Of a DNA stretch of 21,872 bases, positions 15,611-21,872 are shown piece by piece. The notes under the pieces were generated by a model, which saw only the letters and a list, made by a program, of their open reading frames with translations, was not told the origin of the DNA and searched no databases. The translations under genes and the position numbers were made by a program. Location of the stretch: the IMG/VR virus record IMGVR_UViG_3300031993_000020; one strand, written 5' to 3'. The stretch comes from an uncultured virus (IMG/VR IMGVR_UViG_3300031993_000020). Its lineage: Duplodnaviria > Heunggongvirae > Uroviricota > Caudoviricetes. The stretch's first letter is position 1, and every line of letters begins with the position of its first letter.

Positions 15611-17918
15611 TAGCATTTCTCCTCGGAACACCGCCTTTGATACAACGGTAGTTGCAAATGTAGTAACGACAGGCTTCAGTGGTACAATTAAGAAAGTCGT
15701 TTTCTATATGTCTTCGGAAATACCGTGGTTTGAGAAAGTTGAAACAGCAATAGGAATTTTATATCCTCCCGTTATTACTTACATCCAGCCCTATATAGGC
15801 TACATAAAAAACAACAACAGCAAAAACATTCACCAAAACGTCTCTACTACCTGTATTCGCGTTTATGATATTAGCGAGTCTTTCTATTCCTGGAGTGACT
15901 GGACTTCCGAAGGGGATAGTCGTACGATAAATCTCGCTAAGAACGTCGTAATTGAAGACGATATTAAAGTCACGATCCGCACTGCTGATGCTGAGAAAAC
16001 GCTCGTCTATCATTATAATCAGTGGAAACAGTCAAGTGGCAAGTACTATCTTCCTTTGTCCGTTATTGATGGACAGTTAGAAGAGCAGGGCTTTAGAAGC
16101 CGTTCTAGTGGCACTTCTAGTGATATTAAGTCAGCTAGAAGCAAGACTCTTCAATTACACCTCAACAAACCCCTCAGAAACGATTTTACCGTGGTTATTG
16201 AATATGCCGGTGTAATTGACTCAGAGGAAGACGTAGGCGAATATAAGTCATTGTATGACCTTTATGGTATTGAGCCGAATACATTCGATGATGAAGTACC
16301 TTATAGATTTAATACTATAGCTCTCTGTTGTGAAACTGAAGCTACTTATAATATTGCCGCTGCCGTTAGATATGTTGGTACGAGCATTTATATTCCTTCT
16401 AATACTCCAACCGATTGTCCGTTCTCTGCGTATTTGAAGGTACGATCTTTTACAAATGTAAAGAACGAGATAGATTTTGAGACGGCATTTATTCCTAATT
16501 ATGAAGATCATATCGTTAATTTCCAGATGAATATGACTTCTGAACATCAACACTTACTCGATCCTACTTATCACAGAGCAGACCTTGAGAAGTATACTCA
16601 GTCATGGAGTGCTATATCTAGTCCGACAGCAATCGTATCGAATACTAGCAGCCTTTCTGGAATAGATTTCCCGTACAATCAAACTGATCCGAAGCTATAT
16701 CTTGATTATGGGAAGCAGTCTATTTATACAGATCGTTGGGGAGTTTCCGCTCGGATTGCTGGTAAAGGCTATATCTACGATAGCGACCTCTGGTATTATT
16801 GGTGGAAAGAAGGAAACGGTACTCGTGGTAATGGAATAAAAGAAGCACTGACACAGGCTGGTGTTTCTTACGATCCAAATATTGATTTCGTTCCGCAGTA
16901 TGTTGGCTTTAATTCTCGCTCTGGCTCTTTCTTGTACGGAGTGTATGGGAATATTCTTATCGTTGCCGGTAGTAATTTTTATCATTTTATTGATGTTTAC
17001 GTTCTCGGTAGCGGACAGCTTTTCCCGATGAATAATACCAATTTAAACAGCAGTGCGCCGACATATCGTACTAAACTGTTTCGTTGGTTCCAGCATTTGT
17101 ATTTCTGTACGAATGATACTGACAGTCCGATATTGTATTACGTTAAACCGGATGCTAATGAATCAATCTCCATAGGTACAGCTAATTGGCAGAAGATTAT
17201 GGATAATCCTGCTGACAATTATCTCTTTTACAAATATCGCATACATCAGAATTGTACGCTGGAACAGATATCTAATTCAGATTCCGATGGTCATGTTTAT
17301 CTGACAGAATTTTCTGACCTAGGTGATGTGGCTATTAAATATAATCCGGCTGATAAATCTCTGAAGTATGTTGGGTTAGCGCCCAAAGCAATAGCTGATG
17401 CTGGTACAGCTCCTGCAATAACTACAGATCGTAGTATTGATAATAGTCCCTCATTAGCGGATGCTCTAAACTATTACGATATTGAATATACTGGTTCACA
17501 GTACAATCTGGAGATGATGTATCGGCAGTCTGCATATCATATTAAATGGTTAAAAGAGCATAATTACAAGATCATTTACCTTGGAGCTAGATATTCCGTC
17601 GGATATGATAGCGGTACGGATTCGTATTTGTTCTTGATGAAAGATACGATTCATAAAGACTTTCGCAGAGTAAGAAGAAGCCGGAGTAGTCTCGCTGATA
17701 TAAAAGCCTTCTCTGATGATTACGTAATTAATACTGATGGACAGGGCTATAAGATTGAGGATGTTACTAACGAACATGAAATTGAGCTTCTGGAGAGTTA
17801 CTATATCAGTAATTTCATAGATGTCGATCGTGGAGTGTTTGTTATTAAATATCCTAACGGACTTCTTGAAGGTGATGGATATATGCGGATTTTAAGGGAT
17901 TATGAGGTGTCAGGATGA
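15591..17918 (+). CDS. large putative structural protein (baseplate/tail)
   Basis: About 775 aa, Y/S/T/N/D-rich, HLLDPTYH motif. The ATG at 15591 has better RBS spacing than 15585. Confidence 0.55.
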   Translation: MSEQNDNSISPRNTAFDTTVVANVVTTGFSGTIKKVVFYMSSEIPWFEKVETAIGILYPPVITYIQPYIGYIKNNNSKNIHQNVSTTCIRVYDISESFYSWSDWTSEGDSRTINLAKNVVIEDDIKVTIRTADAEKTLVYHYNQWKQSSGKYYLPLSVIDGQLEEQGFRSRSSGTSSDIKSARSKTLQLHLNKPLRNDFTVVIEYAGVIDSEEDVGEYKSLYDLYGIEPNTFDDEVPYRFNTIALCCETEATYNIAAAVRYVGTSIYIPSNTPTDCPFSAYLKVRSFTNVKNEIDFETAFIPNYEDHIVNFQMNMTSEHQHLLDPTYHRADLEKYTQSWSAISSPTAIVSNTSSLSGIDFPYNQTDPKLYLDYGKQSIYTDRWGVSARIAGKGYIYDSDLWYYWWKEGNGTRGNGIKEALTQAGVSYDPNIDFVPQYVGFNSRSGSFLYGVYGNILIVAGSNFYHFIDVYVLGSGQLFPMNNTNLNSSAPTYRTKLFRWFQHLYFCTNDTDSPILYYVKPDANESISIGTANWQKIMDNPADNYLFYKYRIHQNCTLEQISNSDSDGHVYLTEFSDLGDVAIKYNPADKSLKYVGLAPKAIADAGTAPAITTDRSIDNSPSLADALNYYDIEYTGSQYNLEMMYRQSAYHIKWLKEHNYKIIYLGARYSVGYDSGTDSYLFLMKDTIHKDFRRVRRSRSSLADIKAFSDDYVINTDGQGYKIEDVTNEHEIELLESYYISNFIDVDRGVFVIKYPNGLLEGDGYMRILRDYEVSG

Positions 17919-18775
17919 GTACTGAATTAGTTAAGCCGACATATATCAATCAAGATTTTCTTGATGATTGCAAAAGTTCTACTACACTTCGTGTGTTTAA
18001 GGTAGTGGCATCATATTTTGATAAAGTAGATCCTACTCATGAAGAAATCACTACCGCTTATCAGGGACTGTTTAGCTACGAATCCGGTACGCGATTTTTG
18101 AACCCTTGGTTCTATTGTCCCGTGCATATCGAAGATGACATTATTACAGTAAAGCTGACCGGAGATCTGATCGCTAATTACGCTTCTCTCTGGTTTATTT
18201 ATAATGAAGGCACAGACGTGGAAGGCGATGATTCCACTACTAACAAACTGGCGTTCTATACCTTGGTAAATACTCAGACACGTTTGTTAGAGCTGGAGAA
18301 AGAAAACTATATATCATTCTCGTTTAAGAAACTCTTTGGTATTAAATGCAACTGGGATACGTTCGATAGATACCTTGATAAGCCGGTTCCTAACGGTCAA
18401 ACTGAACCAGATTATAACATTTGGCCAGCACCGAATGAATTAAACAACGTCTACCGTCTGGACTTAGTAGAGCATAAGCATTCAAATGAGGCCCATCTTG
18501 CAAGCATGAATGACGCATTCAATGTATTGCAGAGTAAGTATTATAGTAACGGCGATCCTTTGGTGTTTGATATTTCTACAGAGCCACTGGATGTTCGTGT
18601 CAGTGATACTATTTTAAGAACAGATGGCAGTCACAATGTGTGTACCAGTTCAGACCGTTCCGTGACTCACGATATTGACTGGATCAAGATCCAAGGTATT
18701 TCTAATCTATTTTATCAAGACACAACGATTGCTAATCAGGAAGATTTTCGTTTTCTTGATTGCGGAGAATATTAA
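17915..18775 (+). CDS. putative structural protein
   Basis: ATGA overlap with the previous gene, GAGG RBS, HKHSNEAH motif. Confidence 0.5.
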   Translation: MSTELVKPTYINQDFLDDCKSSTTLRVFKVVASYFDKVDPTHEEITTAYQGLFSYESGTRFLNPWFYCPVHIEDDIITVKLTGDLIANYASLWFIYNEGTDVEGDDSTTNKLAFYTLVNTQTRLLELEKENYISFSFKKLFGIKCNWDTFDRYLDKPVPNGQTEPDYNIWPAPNELNNVYRLDLVEHKHSNEAHLASMNDAFNVLQSKYYSNGDPLVFDISTEPLDVRVSDTILRTDGSHNVCTSSDRSVTHDIDWIKIQGISNLFYQDTTIANQEDFRFLDCGEY

Positions 18776-19149
18776 TGGAAAACTTAAACCTAAACCACTA
18801 TTCAACTGATGCAGAACGATTTTTGAAGGACGGAAAACAGATCATTCTTAAATCTGTATACGTTAAAGAGGCGAAAGCGAAACAGAAGCCTAGCATTAAG
18901 CAGTTGGGTGCTTGGGCTAAGGCAAGAATCTTGGAAATCAAAAACGGTAAAGTCCTTGCTCGCGTAGTGAATCGAGAAGATGAACCTTTAGAAATTCACA
19001 GCCTCGCTATTACTTTCATGAAAGATGATGAAGAAGTACTCTTCTCATGGGGTTCGATGGATAATGCACTCATAAAAGTTAATTCCAAAGGGAGTGCGAT
19101 TCTCGTCTACGCGCCTAATACTCACTACAAATCTTTACTTGCTATCTAA
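18775..19149 (+). CDS. hypothetical protein, possibly tail-collar-like
   Basis: ATG at 18775 (TAATG overlap) with GGAG 7 nt upstream. Confidence 0.6.
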   Translation: MENLNLNHYSTDAERFLKDGKQIILKSVYVKEAKAKQKPSIKQLGAWAKARILEIKNGKVLARVVNREDEPLEIHSLAITFMKDDEEVLFSWGSMDNALIKVNSKGSAILVYAPNTHYKSLLAI

Positions 19150-19165
19150 AATTTAGGAGGTCTCC

Positions 19166-20251
19166 GTGGCAAACATTCATATTACTTACACGGCAGACGG
19201 TCAGACAGCTATTGATAATCAGAGTGACATTTCCTTAACTGGTATGTCTGTCTCCTCTGATGGCTCTAGCTGGGTTGCCTGTTCTGACCTTTCTTGGAGT
19301 GGCACACTTTATTCCGGTAAAGTGGTTGCACCCAGTGATGACTTTGAATTAAATCACGTTAAAGTTTTCTTCGGTGATACTACCACCGCTCTCTGTACTG
19401 GTGATACAAGTGATCCGATAGCTACGCTTGCTAAAGATGAGAGTATAGTTATCTCATTTAATCCTGCAGTAGCTACTAGGGATTTAGTTACCAACACTCC
19501 TTCTGGAGGTGGTGGTGGTGGGGAAATCGACCCTGCAGTTCTTAACGCAAAGCAGGATAAAGTACTGAGTCTGACGGGCAGTAATCAGATTAAGTTTAGT
19601 GACGGTTTCGGAACTGCTACTACCGTTGAAGATGCGCTGGTTCGGCTAAAAAATAAGATCAATGATACATCAAATGCATCTACAAGTCGACGCTTAACAA
19701 AGAATGCAATAACACAGCAACAGTCCGGTACTTATTACTATAAATTAGCTGAGGTGGTTACTCCAGATGTTGCTTATCAGACAGATCAGCCTAATGCGAT
19801 TACTTTTAGTATTAATGGCTTAATGCAAATGTATGTATGGAAAGATATTGTTCCAGATGACTTTAGCGCATATTATCCTTTACAGTTTGCAGAAATAAAT
19901 CTTCGTTTGCATATTATTAATCCTGGGGTTGTGTCTCTTGTGGGAACTTATTTTTACAATGAATTTCCTCAGGGGTCAGATATTTTAGTGACACAAGATT
20001 CTAATTCGTATTATCAAGTATATTTAAAATTCAATCGGGATACTACTGCTAAATCTGGTACAGTATTTAATATCTACTGTACCTCAGCGGATGATCTGAT
20101 TCTGGACGGTAACATTATTTCAGCTCTTCCAGAAGGCACAACTGTAGTCGCCTCGCTAACTCAAAATGCGATCGATCTGACCGCTCTCAATAGCGGTGAT
20201 GGCGGTGGAGGTCGCAGTATTCCTATTATCACTGTGGAGGTGGATCCATGA
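19166..20251 (+). CDS. putative tail fibre protein
   Basis: GTG start with AGGAGG. Collar-like N-domain, PSGGGGGG linker, LNAKQD and TVEDAL motifs typical of fibres, beta-rich C-domain. Confidence 0.6.
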   Translation: MANIHITYTADGQTAIDNQSDISLTGMSVSSDGSSWVACSDLSWSGTLYSGKVVAPSDDFELNHVKVFFGDTTTALCTGDTSDPIATLAKDESIVISFNPAVATRDLVTNTPSGGGGGGEIDPAVLNAKQDKVLSLTGSNQIKFSDGFGTATTVEDALVRLKNKINDTSNASTSRRLTKNAITQQQSGTYYYKLAEVVTPDVAYQTDQPNAITFSINGLMQMYVWKDIVPDDFSAYYPLQFAEINLRLHIINPGVVSLVGTYFYNEFPQGSDILVTQDSNSYYQVYLKFNRDTTAKSGTVFNIYCTSADDLILDGNIISALPEGTTVVASLTQNAIDLTALNSGDGGGGRSIPIITVEVDP

Positions 20252-21561
20252 GTGGTTGGATTTTAACTAAAGCTGAATGGACTGGAACAGGCGTAGATAG
20301 TTCTGATAATGCTATAGCTATTATTGATGCTTGCAAGAATGCACTTCTGCTTAATTCCTGTGGCAGTACTACCAATAAAAAATGGATATTAGATTCCACT
20401 GAAGGGTTTACTGACCGTCAAGTTTTTGGAAGTGGCAATACTCTTAGTTATGGTTATTACTTTGTACATAGTGGTACTGGCGCAAAACTGTGCATGATTT
20501 GCACATATAAAAGTAATCCATTCGCAACCAACTCTTACTGTTATAGCTTGCCCTTCGGCTCATCAAGCGGTGCTACATCACCACCCTTTGGTCTTTGCTT
20601 TGCTATGATACCTCCAAATGATACAGGTATTACTTGGGGAAGTGCTGATTGGACAACTGCCACTTGGCTTCCTGATATTGGTATAAGATTAACTGGTTTA
20701 GCTTGTAATGGAACAGACACTACTATTCATCCTTTAGCAGAAAGTAACACTGAATCTGTTGTCTATACATATTATTTTTTATGTAAATCAGACACCATTT
20801 TTGCTATGTCTCGTGCGAGCGACTGGAAAAAACCTTGGGAAGCAAATAGTTGTGAACACACTCGTAGCATGATTATAGGAGAGATTTTTGAATCTTTTGA
20901 TAAGCATCCAGAAATACCTTGGCATAACTATGGAGCATTATCAGGTGGTTGTAATACTTACAATTGCTCTCCTAAAGGTACTGAGTCAAAACAGAGTTTG
21001 AGTACCAGTAATGAACGTGCAATTATTTTTCGTAAATATACCAATGATCCTAGTTGGGACAATATTTGCTATAATTCTGCTTATGGCAGTGGTCACCTCT
21101 ATTGGCAATGTTTTAACAATATGGGAGTGCTTTGTATCTCTAGGGGAAATGGCACTAGTAGTTCGCCCACAGGGCGAAGCCCTGACATCAAAACTTATAA
21201 TGGCGATGGTATTGTTCCTATGCTTGGCTATAATCTGTATTATGCCTCCTTATCTCATTCCATGTATCATACAGCAGGGCAATTTCATAGTATGCCCATA
21301 GTGATGGCATTGCATCGCTCAAATTCCAACACTTTAAATGATAACTATCCGGGAATTTCAGGAACCACAGGTGATTCATCAGGTCTTAAAGGATATATCA
21401 GAACTGATTTGTTATTAAGTTGGACCAGCTATGGCATCGCATCACACAACTTAGCGACAGGGCAAACATGTAACAATCAAGCATACATTTGTCCTTGTGA
21501 TGGTGTTCTTTTAGGTTGGGACGCTTCAAACGAAAATATTTTTGCTAATCCTAATCCGTAA
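20248..21561 (+). CDS. putative tail-fibre-associated / receptor-binding protein
   Basis: ATGA overlap, GGAGG RBS, G/S/T/N/aromatic-rich 437 aa; gene context. Confidence 0.45.
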   Translation: MSGWILTKAEWTGTGVDSSDNAIAIIDACKNALLLNSCGSTTNKKWILDSTEGFTDRQVFGSGNTLSYGYYFVHSGTGAKLCMICTYKSNPFATNSYCYSLPFGSSSGATSPPFGLCFAMIPPNDTGITWGSADWTTATWLPDIGIRLTGLACNGTDTTIHPLAESNTESVVYTYYFLCKSDTIFAMSRASDWKKPWEANSCEHTRSMIIGEIFESFDKHPEIPWHNYGALSGGCNTYNCSPKGTESKQSLSTSNERAIIFRKYTNDPSWDNICYNSAYGSGHLYWQCFNNMGVLCISRGNGTSSSPTGRSPDIKTYNGDGIVPMLGYNLYYASLSHSMYHTAGQFHSMPIVMALHRSNSNTLNDNYPGISGTTGDSSGLKGYIRTDLLLSWTSYGIASHNLATGQTCNNQAYICPCDGVLLGWDASNENIFANPNP

Positions 21562-21577
21562 TGAAAGGAGCTGATAA

Positions 21578-21872
21578 ATGAATAGTTTACCGAGACTAGT
21601 AGGTGCTCAGATAGATAAGGAAACACCTATTAACTCTAATAGCACAAAAATATTAACTGTAACTGATATAAGTGAAAATGGTGATAGAAGTATTAAGTAT
21701 GGGACGTTGGATAATATTGAAGGGGATGTAAACATTACTGGAGGGGACTATATAATTTTAGAAGGAGGTAATAGTGAGTCAGAAATTGCGCTAAAGGCTC
21801 CTGACATTCGTATAGGTAGTACTGAATATCCCAATACAATAAAGATCGATAATGTTATTTTTTCTAACTCCG
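21578..21872 (+). CDS. partial CDS running off the window (MNSLPRLVGAQIDKETPINSNSTKIL...)
   Basis: AAAGGAG RBS, ATG at 21578, frame open to the end of the window. Confidence 0.75.
   Translation, partial: MNSLPRLVGAQIDKETPINSNSTKILTVTDISENGDRSIKYGTLDNIEGDVNITGGDYIILEGGNSESEIALKAPDIRIGSTEYPNTIKIDNVIFSNS

Noticed and set aside
1555..21301. Remaining short minus-strand and nested plus-strand ORFs in the track
   Set aside because: They are shadows of longer, RBS-supported + strand genes and have no recognisable motifs
1..21872. CRISPR array, tRNA genes, DGR or integrase/transposase
   Set aside because: No regularly spaced repeats, cloverleafs with T-loop consensus, RT motifs, adenine-variable repeat pairs or recombinase motifs were seen by eye

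Overview
A roughly 22 kb, AT-rich, gene-dense segment of a large tailed-phage genome. All credible genes lie on the + strand. The host is probably anaerobic (class III RNR) and possibly a spirochaete (inferred from the style of the lytic transglycosylase). The left part holds a stand-alone C-terminal half of a family A DNA polymerase, a degenerate NAD-epimerase-like protein, an acidic protein and a broken SLT lytic transglycosylase. The middle is a nucleotide-metabolism block (XRE HTH, thymidine kinase, deoxynucleoside/dNMP kinase, intein-containing NrdD, NrdG), followed by GroES and an HD-domain hydrolase. The right part is a run of probable baseplate, tail-collar and tail-fibre genes. The most unusual signal is non-coding. 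Two intergenic elements (535-650 and 3503-3657) share an identically spaced RNA scaffold with compensatory base changes: a TTTTGCA...TGYAGAAG closing stem plus a 4bp/C-C/4bp GYGA-tetraloop hairpin. The scaffold encloses different loops that read as the antisense of a Shine-Dalgarno, AUG and first codons. A third element with similar architecture lies at 7124-7220, and a switch-like structured leader lies at 3797-3960. Together they may be an undescribed phage small-RNA system with a fixed scaffold and variable guide. All calls come from motif reading by eye; no database searches were run.
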